A stretch of 64,000 bases of DNA from an uncultured Planctomycetaceae bacterium (GCA_963833985.1 CAWIAD010000002.1:3552001-3616000), one strand, 5' to 3'; shown: positions 21,663 through 32,330, counted from the first letter of the stretch. A program made the numbers and translations. Notes: a model not told the origin generated them from the sequence alone.

Positions 21663-22559
21663 TCATTGACCGGGCAACGATTGCATCAGCGGGCGGATCG
21701 CAGACCACAACTGGTCCTTGATCTGGACTGGGACGGGGTTCTCCAGCCGATCCGGCGACCTCTCCCGAGACTGATCCTTGACGAGCATGCCAATGGTCAG
21801 TTCCCCGTCCGTGAAGTATCGGTCGCCGCCGCCGTTGCGACCCAAGAGAGTCGCCCCGACGCCCGTGACCTGGAACTCTTCTTTCAGCCATCCCTCCTTC
21901 CTCAGATCGGCGAACAGTCCGTCCCGCTCGGCGTCTATGTCTGCTCCGATGTGGTGGGTGATCTGTCCGGTTCGGTGGCTCAAACCAACGCTTCGGTCAT
22001 ACGTCACCGCACCGATCCACAGGGGCAACTCGCCTCGTCCATACTCCGTGGACTTCCAGAACCGGACGTGGTGGCGATGGCTGGCGTTCTCGCCGACCGG
22101 TTTCTCGAAGGCAAGGTCTTGCTTGCGTCCGAACAGGAACAGGCTGCTGACGGGCGCATCCACATAGGGTCGGTCCCGCAGCACGCTGCGGGCGATGCCG
22201 ATGCTGGACTTCAGGGTAACCGGATCGGCGGCGTCCCAGCCCGAGCCGAGCAAGGCACGGACAAGTTCCTGCTCGGTCCCGATCAATCCAACGTTGAGCG
22301 GGTCGCCAGGGATGCCCTGGGTCGTCCGTGCGGTCTTGGGGGCACTCTCCAGTGCAGGCTGGTGCTCGTAGTGCCGCCAGAGCGCCGGAAGTACCAGATA
22401 AGCCAGCAGCAGCCAGGTGACGACGAGGGCGACCACGACCTTCAGTGTTCGGACCAAGAGCCGCCGTGGTCTCGGAGCGGGTTTCGTGGCGTCAACTCCT
22501 GCCCCAGATTCGGTCGCTGAGGGCGTCGTCTGACTTTCATCACCGTGATCGTCTGGCAT
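21663..22559 (-). CDS. LssY C-terminal-domain protein
   Basis: GIPGDPLNVGL.G, APVSSL.LFGRKQDLAFEK, RHHVRFW, TGQITHHI..DIDAERD and NGGGD.YFTDG. Confidence 0.85.
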   Translation of the reverse strand: MPDDHGDESQTTPSATESGAGVDATKPAPRPRRLLVRTLKVVVALVVTWLLLAYLVLPALWRHYEHQPALESAPKTARTTQGIPGDPLNVGLIGTEQELVRALLGSGWDAADPVTLKSSIGIARSVLRDRPYVDAPVSSLFLFGRKQDLAFEKPVGENASHRHHVRFWKSTEYGRGELPLWIGAVTYDRSVGLSHRTGQITHHIGADIDAERDGLFADLRKEGWLKEEFQVTGVGATLLGRNGGGDRYFTDGELTIGMLVKDQSRERSPDRLENPVPVQIKDQLWSAIRPLMQSLPGQ

Positions 22560-22620
22560 ACCGACCTACCTTCTTTCCTCCGATCAATTCCATCATGTCC
22601 CAGCAATACAAAACGACCAG

Positions 22621-22812
22621 TCACAGAAGGAGCCAGAACGCCCAGAAGCACAATCCGGCAGCGGCAACCAAGCCAATGCCCGACAGCCACATGGGGATCT
22701 CTTGCGAGCGAAGATCGACCCGCCAGCGGAGGACAAGACGCAACGCATGAAACAGGGCGACCAGCCCGAAGATGATCCCTGAGATGAGGAAGAATACCTG
22801 CTGATCAGCCAT
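22621..22812 (-). CDS. Small two-TM hypothetical protein
   Basis: Two hydrophobic helices (IFGLVALFHALRL; IPMWLS); GAGGAG precedes the ATG. Confidence 0.65.
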   Translation of the reverse strand: MADQQVFFLISGIIFGLVALFHALRLVLRWRVDLRSQEIPMWLSGIGLVAAAGLCFWAFWLLL

Positions 22813-22924
22813 TGGGACAACTCCTCGCTCCTGGTATAGCCCACCGGACCTGCACAGGTTTTCGAGCCAACGAGATCAGTTCGTCGAGGACGACCACCGT
22901 CAATCGAGGCACTGCTCTCGCTGG

Positions 22925-23416
22925 TCACCACCCGTAGTCTTCAAGGAACCGCTTCTCCAAGACCGCCCTGAACTTGTCCCGCATCTTGGGGCTGAACAAC
23001 TTATCCTCAGCAAGCGCCTCAAACCCCTCCTCGACCAGTTCCGAGGGCATGGTGGATAGCGCCTTGATGACCGCTCCCAGGTAACGCCGAGTGGTGTTTG
23101 AACTCTTGACTCGCTTCAACTCGCCGAACAGCAGGTTGGCACAAGGCTTGGTCTCGATGCCCCTCATTGCCTCAACGATGCTGATTCGCTTCTCCCAGTT
23201 GTCGTCACTGTTCACGAGCAGACCCATAAGGAAGATCCCGGCTTCCGTCCGACCATGACCGTACATTGAAGCCAGCAGGTTCAGACCCGACCGGAACTCC
23301 TGATGATCATCGGAGAGTGCCTGTTTCAGAGCACCGTCGATGGGAAACTTACCTGGATCGAAGTAACCCTCCTTCGTGATCCAGGGGAACTTCCCGTGAA
23401 GCTCTTTGGGGTTCAT
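22925..23416 (-). CDS. Helical hypothetical protein (HEAT-like)
   Basis: 163-aa ORF co-oriented with its neighbours; amphipathic helical pattern. Confidence 0.65.
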   Translation of the reverse strand: MNPKELHGKFPWITKEGYFDPGKFPIDGALKQALSDDHQEFRSGLNLLASMYGHGRTEAGIFLMGLLVNSDDNWEKRISIVEAMRGIETKPCANLLFGELKRVKSSNTTRRYLGAVIKALSTMPSELVEEGFEALAEDKLFSPKMRDKFRAVLEKRFLEDYGW

Positions 23417-23453
23417 TGACCATTCTCCGCGAACCTAATCCTGATCAAGAACG

Positions 23454-24356
23454 TCAGGAGTCATCTTCGTTACATTGGGACTCCCACGCCAGCTTCCGCC
23501 AATCAGGCAGTCCCCGCCTCATCCTCTTGGTCGCTTTCTCCGAATCGAAGATATCGGGATCAAACGATCCCCCTATCCACGTCACAAATTGTTCATGCTG
23601 ATCGTCGCTGGGATCGGTGAGGACGTGCAGGAACTCCTCGTAACTCGAGGTTCCACCCACGTCTTCAGGCGGGCAGGCTCGTTCGCCCTCCACGCAGAGA
23701 GGATACCGCTGACCCGGCTCAACCCGCAGGCAGCCCTCGAAGAGCACCTCGTGCCACCAGGAATCTCCGAAGTCGTATTCATACTCGAAAGAAAAACGCT
23801 CGCCACTCTTCGGGAGGATCTTGCTTACAGTCGCTTCTCTGGAATTGTCGTAGTTCATCTCCACGAAGTTCTCATCCAGAAGCCAGGGGTCTCCGTAAAG
23901 GCTTCCATTGATCTGGAATTGGTGTAGATGGGAGTTGGTCCATCCCATTGCTGTCTGAATACGTTCGTGAAGCTTGTCGAGGGTGCAGTCTCTCACCTGG
24001 ATTCGACGCCAGATTGGAAGCTTGATATCCCTGAGCGTGATCTTGAACTGGTAGATTCGTTCCTTGGCTGGGATCACGCCTATCCCCTGGAAGGTCTCGA
24101 TGGACCTCTCCGTGATGTCGAGGACGTGTCTCAAGGAGGTTCGTTTCATGCCTGAGTCAGCCTGACAGATGGCTGGTGCAACCGTCTTGCAGATCAACTT
24201 CAGTTCGTCAAGCGTCAGTGAAACCATTCTCTGGTTAGGCTCATCGAGTCTCAGGCGTTGAGACAGTGCCGGGAAGATCTCGGCAACGACGATGCGTTGA
24301 GCAAGCGTGAACCTCACGGGGAATTGCCGGTGGTATCCGTTCTTCTCAAACATCAT
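23454..24356 (-). CDS. Plasmid pRiA4b ORF-3 family protein
   Basis: IYQFKITL....PIWRRIQV, IQ.AMGW.NSHLH.F, YEYDFGD.W.H and GERACPPEDVGG. Confidence 0.9.
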   Translation of the reverse strand: MMFEKNGYHRQFPVRFTLAQRIVVAEIFPALSQRLRLDEPNQRMVSLTLDELKLICKTVAPAICQADSGMKRTSLRHVLDITERSIETFQGIGVIPAKERIYQFKITLRDIKLPIWRRIQVRDCTLDKLHERIQTAMGWTNSHLHQFQINGSLYGDPWLLDENFVEMNYDNSREATVSKILPKSGERFSFEYEYDFGDSWWHEVLFEGCLRVEPGQRYPLCVEGERACPPEDVGGTSSYEEFLHVLTDPSDDQHEQFVTWIGGSFDPDIFDSEKATKRMRRGLPDWRKLAWESQCNEDDS

Positions 24357-24431
24357 GATGCTCCGTGATCGAGCTACGGGAGTTCCCCATTACCGATTCG
24401 ACTGGCGGGCAACCAGCCGTGGCTCCAGCCC

Positions 24432-24896
24432 TCAATCCCTTCGATTGCTCCCCTGCTTGCCCGCCCAGAACGGGCAAAAGGGACAGTCCTCGCCGTCAGG
24501 GAAGTCCTCCCCTTCTTCGTGGGGGCAGCCCATGTTGCCTTCACTCATGGCGATCGATTTGACCCCATGCCTCTCGAAGAACTCATTGATCTCCCGCTGA
24601 ACCTTTGGGCTAGTCGTCACGTCGGTTGCTACCCATCGCTCCAGGAGTGGCTCGGCATTTGGCGACTTGATCACGGCGGCAGCGATCTTGGTCGTAATCG
24701 TGTCGTTGGGACCATAAAGTGCCACGGTACCAATGGGGTATTCTGGGCGCTTTTTCGGCTTGCCATCCAGGTCCGTGAGCTTGGGCGACGGTCGCGGCGA
24801 GTGGTCTTCGACATCCGTCCTTCGACAGCAATTCTTGTACTTCTTTCCACTGCCACAGGGGCAGGGATCATTACGGGAAACTCGCTGATTGTCCAC
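24432..24896 (-). CDS. SEC-C motif protein (N-terminal SEC-C, C-terminal CPH...CPFCPFW)
   Basis: RNDPCPCGSGKKYKNCC, YPIGTVA.YGP and GCPHEEG.D.P.GEDCPFCPFW; GTG start at 24896 inferred. Confidence 0.75.
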   Translation of the reverse strand: MDNQRVSRNDPCPCGSGKKYKNCCRRTDVEDHSPRPSPKLTDLDGKPKKRPEYPIGTVALYGPNDTITTKIAAAVIKSPNAEPLLERWVATDVTTSPKVQREINEFFERHGVKSIAMSEGNMGCPHEEGEDFPDGEDCPFCPFWAGKQGSNRRD

Positions 24897-24957
24897 GAGA
24901 TTGCTCCGACCACTGCTTGATGTTCTTGTTCGAGGCAGCGTTATCGAACCAGGCAGT

Positions 24958-25737
24958 CTAACGTCTTCCGCAGCACATCTTGAACTTCTTGCCGCTCCCA
25001 CAGGGGCAGGGATCGTTTCTTCCGGGGCGTGCAGCTTCCGATCTCCCTGTCGGTGAGGGGATTTGACCACCTGGTTCTGAATAAGCGACATTTGATGACA
25101 TCCCCGAGGAAAGACAGATTCGGATCACGAGTGCGGCAAGCTCCGCCTCCTTGAACGGGGAGATTTGCTTGAAGTCGAAGGTCTCCGGTGTCTGATTCAT
25201 CCGCCTCAGTTCGTCGAGGATTCTCCTCGCCGCCGCTGGATTGACGGGTAGAGCCGCTCCACCGGTTGTCAAGAAGCCCTCCATCGGGATGATCCGGGAC
25301 GCCAAGATCAAGTGTCGCTGAGCGGTGTTCCCGAATCCAACGTCCACAACGAATCCGGTCTCTTTCCGCAGGAGATCCTGAACGCTGATGCCGACCCCTC
25401 TCTCCACGTCCGTGATCTGGAAAAGAGAGTAGTATGCCCCGGTCATCGCCCGCAGAACAGACATCTCAACTGAATCGGCGGGCGGTGGCGACTTCTCCAG
25501 ATGCCGTGCCACCAGGTTGCACCCATCAGGATCGGGGTTGTAGAGGCAATAATCCATGAGAATGGACATTTCAGCCTCGGAACCAAAGACCAGAGTCCCC
25601 TTACGGAAGATTCCGAGCTTACGCCCGCAGTCCTCCAGAGTCTTCTTCGGAATCGTGCCGACGAGGAGATTGTTGAGTCGGAAACGAACGTCCCGGATTT
25701 GCCTGTATCTGTCGAGTAGATCTGAGTGAGTCGTCAT
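24958..25737 (-). CDS. SEC-C motif protein (C-terminal SEC-C)
   Basis: Ends GRNDPCPCGSGKKFKMCCG. Confidence 0.85.
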   Translation of the reverse strand: MTTHSDLLDRYRQIRDVRFRLNNLLVGTIPKKTLEDCGRKLGIFRKGTLVFGSEAEMSILMDYCLYNPDPDGCNLVARHLEKSPPPADSVEMSVLRAMTGAYYSLFQITDVERGVGISVQDLLRKETGFVVDVGFGNTAQRHLILASRIIPMEGFLTTGGAALPVNPAAARRILDELRRMNQTPETFDFKQISPFKEAELAALVIRICLSSGMSSNVAYSEPGGQIPSPTGRSEAARPGRNDPCPCGSGKKFKMCCGRR

Positions 25738-26349
25738 CTCGCGAGACCTCTCAGTGATCCTCCCCGAGTTTCCTGTTCACCTCGTCCACCGAGAACTTCT
25801 CCGGGTCAAACTTGCCACCTACCCATTCCAGCATGTCCTCGTGGCTCTCGTGATTTGGGTCAGCAATCGCCTCAAGGAACTCGGCATAACTCCAGACTCC
25901 TCCACAGTCCTCGGGTGGACACGCTCGTTCACCCTCAATGCAGCGGGGATACTTGACCTGCGGCTCTGGCTCCAGGGTTTTCTCCAGAACGATCTCGTGC
26001 TGCCAGGAATCCCCGAAGTCGTACTCGTATGTGAATCGTGTTTTCCGCCCCATCCTGACAACCTGGCTAATTGAAGTCCCTTCCTCGTCATGCATTTCCT
26101 CGTCCCACAGCATGTCCTCGGGACCGAGGGTTCCATAGTAATCGCCCCTGATGATGAACTGGTGCAGATGGCAATCCTCCCAGCCCATGACCACCTGAAG
26201 GACTTGATGAAGTTCGCCCAGTGTGCAATCCCGCACTTGACTCCGTCGCCATATTGGCGGATTGCTATCCTTGAGCACGACCTTGAATTGATAGATGGCA
26301 CCGGGCTTGGTAACCGCTTGGCGTTTCTCTTTCAGTTCCTTCTCTTCAA

Positions 26350-28593
26350 CCTACTTTCCGCACATCTCGCCTTGACTATCTCCTAATTTCCGTGTGCCGT
26401 CTTTCGGCCTGTCAGGCTCAAATCTCGTAGGCTTTGGGTATCCCCAGCAGGCGCAGGATCCTCTTCTGGAGCCGAGTTAACTCTGTGCTGAACACCTCAA
26501 GAGGGCGTTTCCCAGCCTTCAGGGAATGCTCTTGAACGTCCTCGTACAGGTCGATCACTTTTCGAGCCGTCGGGCGTCGGCAGGCCCGACCTTCGGAATA
26601 CAGTGGCAGGCTCTCGATTCCCGCTCGTTCCATCGCGCGGCGGAGTTCTCGCTCCAACAGCGCCTCGACCAGCAACACGAAGAAGTACACGCAGAGCAAG
26701 GCCTGAATCCGACTCACCTCCTTCAGGTACATAGGCGCTACCACGAAGTCAGTCTTCAGGTGCTCGAACCGTCGTTCGATGGCCGGTTGCTGTTTGTAGG
26801 CCAAGAGCAGATCCTGCTCCGTCATCTTCGATTCGTTGCTCACCAGCGGGAAAATGCCATCACAGCGGGCCTCCTCATCCAGTCGCTCCAACTCAATCCG
26901 ATGCTTCAACGAGTAACGGAGCTTCTCCTCTCGGACGTACCGCGTGTCCTGTCCAGGCCGGCCGCGTCGCTCCTGGCGGAACTTTTCGGTGACCTGCTCC
27001 TCGATCTCGACCGAGATCCACTCGGTGACCTCACAGTCTCGGAGCAGCTCCTCGACCGCCTCGGCGACCTTGGCTCGACTGCGGTACCGGGTTCGGGACG
27101 AGGCGAGCTTGGCACGCAGTTCGTCCAGTCGTTTCAACGCCTTCTCCAGCCGGGTCAGCCGTACCTCCGCATCCAACTCGGCCTTGCGTGTGCTGTGATA
27201 CCAGATCAGCCGGTAACCCTCGGTGGTCTGGCTCGCAGGTTTGCAGATCGAGAAGCGGTCGGTCAACTGTCCCTTGTCGTCGTACTTGTCGTGGGTCCAT
27301 CGCCACTGGATCTCTCCCCGGAGTACGGCGCCGCGGAAGGCACCGTCCTCACTGCGAGTTCGCGGCAGCACGCTGAGGAACCGACCGCCGCGCTGATGCA
27401 GATAGGCCATGTTCTCGGTGGTGGCCAGCTTGCAGTCGGCGATGTAGAGAAAGTCTCGGCGTCCGGTCAGTTGACAGAGCAACTCCCAGGTCTCCTGGTG
27501 AGAGCGGTCGTCGGTGGCGTTGCCGCTCTCGACGCGAAAGTGCACCGGGACGGCACCGTCGCCGGTCACGGTGAGGATGTAGAGTAGCTGCTTGAGGTCG
27601 GGGCGGTGGTCTTTGTTATGACCCCAGGTCACCGCCAACCGCAATTGTCCCCGCAGGGTTCGCTCCGCCTCCGCCGACTCGTAGTCACCGTGGAAAGTGA
27701 TGGTGGTCGAGTCGTTGTGTAACTGGTCGAGGCTGACGTCGAATTCGCGTACGGCATGGGCCGCGACCTTCAGGGCCAACCCCGAGAGATTGGCGTCGAA
27801 GAGACGGTCGAGGGCCCGGCCAACTCGATCGTCGTTCATTGCGGCGACTTGGACATCGGACAACCCGAACAGTTTCGGCTCATGGCGGGCCACCCACTCA
27901 CCGACACCATAGAGTGGCTCACGCGAGATCAGCAGGTTGCGCAGCAGGACGAGCAAGGCCGTGGCCGTGGGGACCCGAGTGCGGCCGTCCTCATGGGGCA
28001 GGTGGTCGCAGAGAAACTCGCGAAGGCGGAGCCGACTCAGGAAGTGTTCCAGGATGGGCACGGCGGCAATCCGCCGCGTGTTGAGCGTGCGCTTGCGTCC
28101 CTTCGAGCGTGCCGTCTCGCCGGGTTGGCGCGGTCGTTGAGGTTCGTTCATGCGGATCATCTCCGGAGGGTTTGCAGCGAGTTGGCCGGTGTCCGCCGCC
28201 GGGCCTTCCAGGGCCGTGAGGGGAGCAGGCCGACCGCCGCAGGGCTTGCCGCAATGATGGCGGAGGAGATCGGGACGTCAAGGACAAAAAATCTTGTGAT
28301 TCACTTATGACAATTTGCCTTGACGTAAGTTGTGAGCCGCTCAACTTACGCTCATAGCCCGTGTCACAAGTCGTCGCGGCGAGAATCGCGGCGCGCGGCT
28401 GGACATTGCCAAGTCATAAGACAAGGCGAAGAATGGCTCGAGTTCAGGAACGGTCCGGTTGGCGAACCATCTGAACCGAACAAGGTCCCCGTGCCGATCG
28501 ACTTGTAGATGTTTACCGACCCTGGGGCCGCGTCTGAGAAGATGGCCTCAGGTCGAATTCGGGGAAATCAAAGGGAGATGTGCGGAAAGTAGG
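26350..28593 (-). mobile_element. IS1634-family insertion sequence
   Basis: Perfect 19-bp inverted repeats CCTACTTTCCGCACATCTC (26350-26368 and 28575-28593); 6-bp target duplication CTTCAA (26344-26349 and 28594-28599). Confidence 0.95.
26418..28160 (-). CDS. IS1634-family transposase
   Basis: NDDRVGRALD, HNDSTT, GHNKDHRPDLKQ, YIADCK and YK.Q..IERRF..LK. Confidence 0.92.
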   Translation of the reverse strand: MIRMNEPQRPRQPGETARSKGRKRTLNTRRIAAVPILEHFLSRLRLREFLCDHLPHEDGRTRVPTATALLVLLRNLLISREPLYGVGEWVARHEPKLFGLSDVQVAAMNDDRVGRALDRLFDANLSGLALKVAAHAVREFDVSLDQLHNDSTTITFHGDYESAEAERTLRGQLRLAVTWGHNKDHRPDLKQLLYILTVTGDGAVPVHFRVESGNATDDRSHQETWELLCQLTGRRDFLYIADCKLATTENMAYLHQRGGRFLSVLPRTRSEDGAFRGAVLRGEIQWRWTHDKYDDKGQLTDRFSICKPASQTTEGYRLIWYHSTRKAELDAEVRLTRLEKALKRLDELRAKLASSRTRYRSRAKVAEAVEELLRDCEVTEWISVEIEEQVTEKFRQERRGRPGQDTRYVREEKLRYSLKHRIELERLDEEARCDGIFPLVSNESKMTEQDLLLAYKQQPAIERRFEHLKTDFVVAPMYLKEVSRIQALLCVYFFVLLVEALLERELRRAMERAGIESLPLYSEGRACRRPTARKVIDLYEDVQEHSLKAGKRPLEVFSTELTRLQKRILRLLGIPKAYEI

Positions 28594-28894
28594 CTTCAAT
28601 GTCAGCCAAGAGGTCGAATATTTTGTCAACGACAGCGTTCAGCCGCTTCCGGTCAGAAGGTGTGGCGAAGTCAAGCGAAAGGTCGATCTCGCCGAGCATC
28701 TGATCCAGTTCTTTTTTGGTGAACTCGACGAATCGCTGGTCCTTGGATGACTTCTTGATCCTGGTCTTCAGCACCATCGCAAGCCGAGTTGCACCGATCA
28801 GCGAGTCCCTCTGCTTCACGGTCAACTTGAGCGGGTACATCTCGTCTGGTTGCTTCCCCTTCTTGGCTGGCATGAGTGGTTCTCCATCAGCCGA

Positions 28895-29368
28895 TCACGA
28901 GGGCGGCATCCTTATCTCAATCCCGTAGCTCGGAGCCGTCTCAAGGAGCTTTTGGATGTCCTCGGGCGTCGGAGTCACGGGTTCGGTTTCCCCTTCAATC
29001 GCCTCCCGACCCACTTCCAGGAAGAAGTCCTCAAGTCCCGCAGGCGTCACCACGATCAACATCCTTGCGGGGTTCGCTCCGGTGTTCTTGAAGAAGTGCA
29101 GAGAGCCCCTGGCGAGCGTCACCCAGGCTCCAGGAGTCGCGGTGAAACTGCGATCCTCGGCATGGAACTGGAGTTCCCCCTCAAGAACGTAGAATGCCTC
29201 ATCCTCCCGGCTGTGGATATGCGGCGGGGGACCACCGCCAGGCGGCACGATTGCTTCCATCATGGCGAATGCCCCGCTCGTGTCATTCCCGCTGCACTTT
29301 ATGGTGTAACGGTCGCCGACAACCCAGATCGACCGACCCTCACCCGCAACCATGACTCCGTTGTTCAT
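28895..29368 (-). CDS. Cupin domain protein (quercetin dioxygenase-like)
   Basis: PPGGGPPPHIHSREDEAFYVLEGEL, H.FKN and TPAGLE.FF; start at MNNGV inferred. Confidence 0.85.
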   Translation of the reverse strand: MNNGVMVAGEGRSIWVVGDRYTIKCSGNDTSGAFAMMEAIVPPGGGPPPHIHSREDEAFYVLEGELQFHAEDRSFTATPGAWVTLARGSLHFFKNTGANPARMLIVVTPAGLEDFFLEVGREAIEGETEPVTPTPEDIQKLLETAPSYGIEIRMPPS

Positions 29369-29516
29369 CGAGGCGATCCCCCTGATCAATTTGCCTGCTC
29401 GTGTAACCTGAAGAAATCCGTGTGCGAGCCAGGCTGCGATTGTCTCCTTCCCTGTCCTCTGGGTCAAATGAGGGGTATCCTTGGGAGAGACCTGCATCCT
29501 GATCTGAGCCAAGACC

Positions 29517-30242
29517 ATGCCCACTCAATCCCAACAACCTGAGAATCTGCGTGACTCAGTGATCGACCGCTTCCGCAAGGTTGCCACGGCACCGGAGCAA
29601 GAGAGGAAGTTCCCGGTCGGTCCCGAGAGTGCCAAGAAGCTGGGTTACGAGCCTGCTGAGGTCGATGCCCTCCCATCCGCCGCGATCGAATCCTTCTGTG
29701 GAGTCGGCAATCCGTTCTCAATGGGCGATCCTCAGCCCGGTCAGACCGTCCTCGATCTTGGCTGCGGGGCGGGCTTTGACACCCTCTTGGCAGCACGGCG
29801 AGTTGGCTTTACAGGGAAGGTTATCGGCGTAAATATGACTCCCGATATGATCACCAAAGCCAGGCACAATGCCTCTCTGCTCGGGATGTCGAACGTGTGT
29901 TTCATCGAGGGAGAAATTGAAAACCTACCGCTACCTGATGTCTCAGTTGATCTCGTGATCTCCAACGGCGTCTTAAACCTCTGCCCGAACAAACCGAGGG
30001 TACTGAGTGAGGTCTTCCGGGTGCTCAAGTCGGGTGGTCGGCTCCAGATGGCAGATATCCTTCTGGAGCCACACGTCACGCCCGAGGAGGTGGCATCCAA
30101 GGGCTCGTGGTCCGACTGAATCGCCGGGGCGGTGTGGGAGCGGTCGCTCCTGGGAATGTTGGGTGAAGTGGGATTCGCGGACGGGAAGATTCACGGCTGG
30201 ACCGAGTATCGAACCTCGTCATGTACTCAGGGGCGCTGCTGA
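29517..30242 (+). CDS. ArsM-like SAM methyltransferase, probable selenoprotein (in-frame TGA 30117-30119)
   Basis: SFCGVGNP, VLDLGCGAGFD, VISNGVLNL and RVLK.GGRL. WSD-TGA-IAGA aligns to the W.gCIAGA motif of ArsM, the frame stays open and protein-like after the TGA, and a hairpin follows. Confidence 0.75.
30135..30152 (+). promoter_or_regulatory. Candidate bacterial SECIS hairpin
   Basis: GGAGC-GGTC-GCTCC stem-loop, extendable by two G-U pairs; the loop begins with G, 22 nt after the TGA. Confidence 0.6.
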
Positions 30243-30819
30243 CGGCGTGCCGGATAAAGCATGCATAAACGATCGTGTCTCTGAGAACCGAGAGATAAGC
30301 GAATGACCGAACGCAACTTCACCCTCTCTCACTATTTCCAGACGACGAGGCTGCTTTGCGCAGAAGACGATTTGGATCTAAAGTGCGGAGCGAAAATCCG
30401 GCTCATCAGTGAGAAAGAATCGAGAGACTTGGCGGAAAAGGTGCGGAAGAGGAACGTGTTTGCCCGCCATTCTTGGGAGAATAGTTTCTACTTGGAGAGG
30501 ATCTCCGCGCTATCAAACCGTACGGTCATCGAAGTCGCCAGACCGGGCGATCCTGATGAGATGATCAAGGCTGCACAGCTTGTCGCCGACGCCGCAGAGA
30601 GAGTTGCTCTGCTTTGTGCCTCACTCGTGACACCCAGGAAGAACCTTCATCGTCTTCTCTCGATCGGACCCTACAGACATGCCGAGCTAGACATCACCAT
30701 AGGTCGAGAATGCTACTACCTGAGATCAAAATCACGCCAGAAGGGTGAGATTAGGGGAATTCCTCTGGACTCAGCATTCCGCAAGCGATTCCATCGGTGT
30801 AACTTCCCGGTCTTACTAT

Positions 30820-32330
30820 TTCTACTGTATCTCTACGTTCGTAGTTGGTTCTTCAAAGGGGGTAAGAGTTTGCGTGAGTAATGCTGGAAGAATCGGGCGA
30901 GCTCGTTGCGTTCCAACCAACGTGTGGTGCACCGGGAGAGCTTCTCGGGGCTGTTGACGTTGAGACGTTCCTCGATGATCCCTGCGATCAGTTGCCGCAA
31001 CCGCGGTGACGTCAATGCCGGTGTCTGTATTTTTTCCCCGCCGCGTCTCCTGATTCAGGAACCACGCGGCCACGAGCGACAAGGTTTGATGGTGATGCCA
31101 GGCGATCCAGTTCCGCACCTGGTAATCGGCCAGGCCCGCCTCCCCTTTGCCCCGCTCCAGGCACTCCTCGATCCGATGCGCCAGTTTGGCCACCCGGCCA
31201 AATTCGATCAACGGAGTTTCGGCTTTACTATTTGATAAATAATAATCATGTTTAACAGTTCCATCGGCCTGTTGCTCACGCGTGATGAAGAGGACCTCCT
31301 CGAAACCTGCACGATTGCCCGGTCCTCGAGATTGGACTGCGCCGCTTGATCGCGTCGACCACCAAAGGTCCCTTCTCGCCATCACGGACGTCGAGCCTCG
31401 TCCACGCCGATTCCGGCAGGGCCGCACGCCAATGATCCACACGCATGAAAGGAGCCTTGGGGGGTTGACCCCGCCCCCCATATTCCGGTGGCGGTGCCTC
31501 CAGATCGCGGATCGTCGTGTTCGACGGAACCGCCAACAGATACTGCTCCCCCCGCTCCCTCAACGCCTGGCGAAAACTCGCGGGACGGCCCATTTCATCG
31601 TCCCCCGCCACCCACGCGTGTGGCAGCAACCCACCTTGCTCATCCAGCATCGCCAGGGCCAATTGATGGCGCGTCTGGAACTTGATGGACTTGGGGACGC
31701 CAGCCTTGTTCCGGCGGTCGCGATCCTTGGCCCATTCCTTGGGCAAGTAAAGCCTTACATTGGTAATCGTATGCTCTTTTTTAGACGCATAAGCCATGTA
31801 GACGCCAACCTGACAGTTCTCAACCTTCCCCAGCCGGCCGCACCACTGCCGCGCGACGCCCACCGACATAGTCCCTTTCTTGGGGAAGCCCGAAGGGTCG
31901 AAGATAATCACCCCATCCTTCTCGCCCAGTTGCTCGCCGACCTGCTGCGCCAGGATCGTGAGCAGGGGTTGATGATCCCATGGCACGTGCCCGATGAACT
32001 TTTGGATTCCTTGTCGTTCTTGATCGTGGAGATAAGCGATTCCCTCGCCGGTCTTGTGCTCAAGCTTCGACAGCAGACCGGTAACGTACTCGGTTGCATG
32101 TCGATGTTGTTCAGGTTCGCTCAGGGTCGCAGCGAACGGCTCGATGAAGACGTCCAACCGTTCCAGCAGACCATCGATCAAGTCAGGCGACACCTGCGAT
32201 TGTGCCAGCATGTCAGCCAACCGTGCTTCGTATCGTCGATCCATGACGCCCTCGCTTCCTTGTAACATCCTTGACGGAAGCGAATATCAGAAAAAACCTT
32301 ACAGTTCGTCAACCCCAGGATACAGTAGAA
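30820..32330 (-). mobile_element. IS701-family insertion sequence
   Basis: 12-bp inverted repeats TTCTACTGTATC (30820-30831 and 32319-32330); 4-bp target duplication CTAT (30816-30819 and 32331-32334). Confidence 0.92.
30833..32244 (-). pseudogene. IS701-family transposase spread over three frames
   Basis: FDPSGFPKKG..SVGVARQWCGRLGKVENCQVGV, AGDDEMG and IEECLERGKGEAGLADYQVR.W..WHHH; a frame break near 31340, and a GGGGAAAAAA slippery run near 31030 leading to ORF 30833..31015. Confidence 0.85.

Larger units (their letters stand above)
25751..28873 (-). pseudogene. pRiA4b ORF-3 family protein split by IS1634
   Basis: Removing 26350-28593 plus one CTTCAA joins MPAKKGK...LLADIE in frame to EKELKEKRQAVTKPGAIYQFKVVLKDSNPPIWRR...YEYDFGD...CPPEDCGG. 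Confidence 0.9.

Noticed and set aside
18495..26300. Integron cassette array (many short co-oriented unrelated genes)
   Set aside because: I could not find repeated attC-like RYYYAAC...GTTRRRY palindromes or an IntI gene by eye; IntegronFinder would settle it.
26526..27587. 353-aa plus-strand ORF
   Set aside because: Antisense to the IS1634 transposase.
31282..32265. 327-aa plus-strand ORF
   Set aside because: Antisense to the IS701 transposase.
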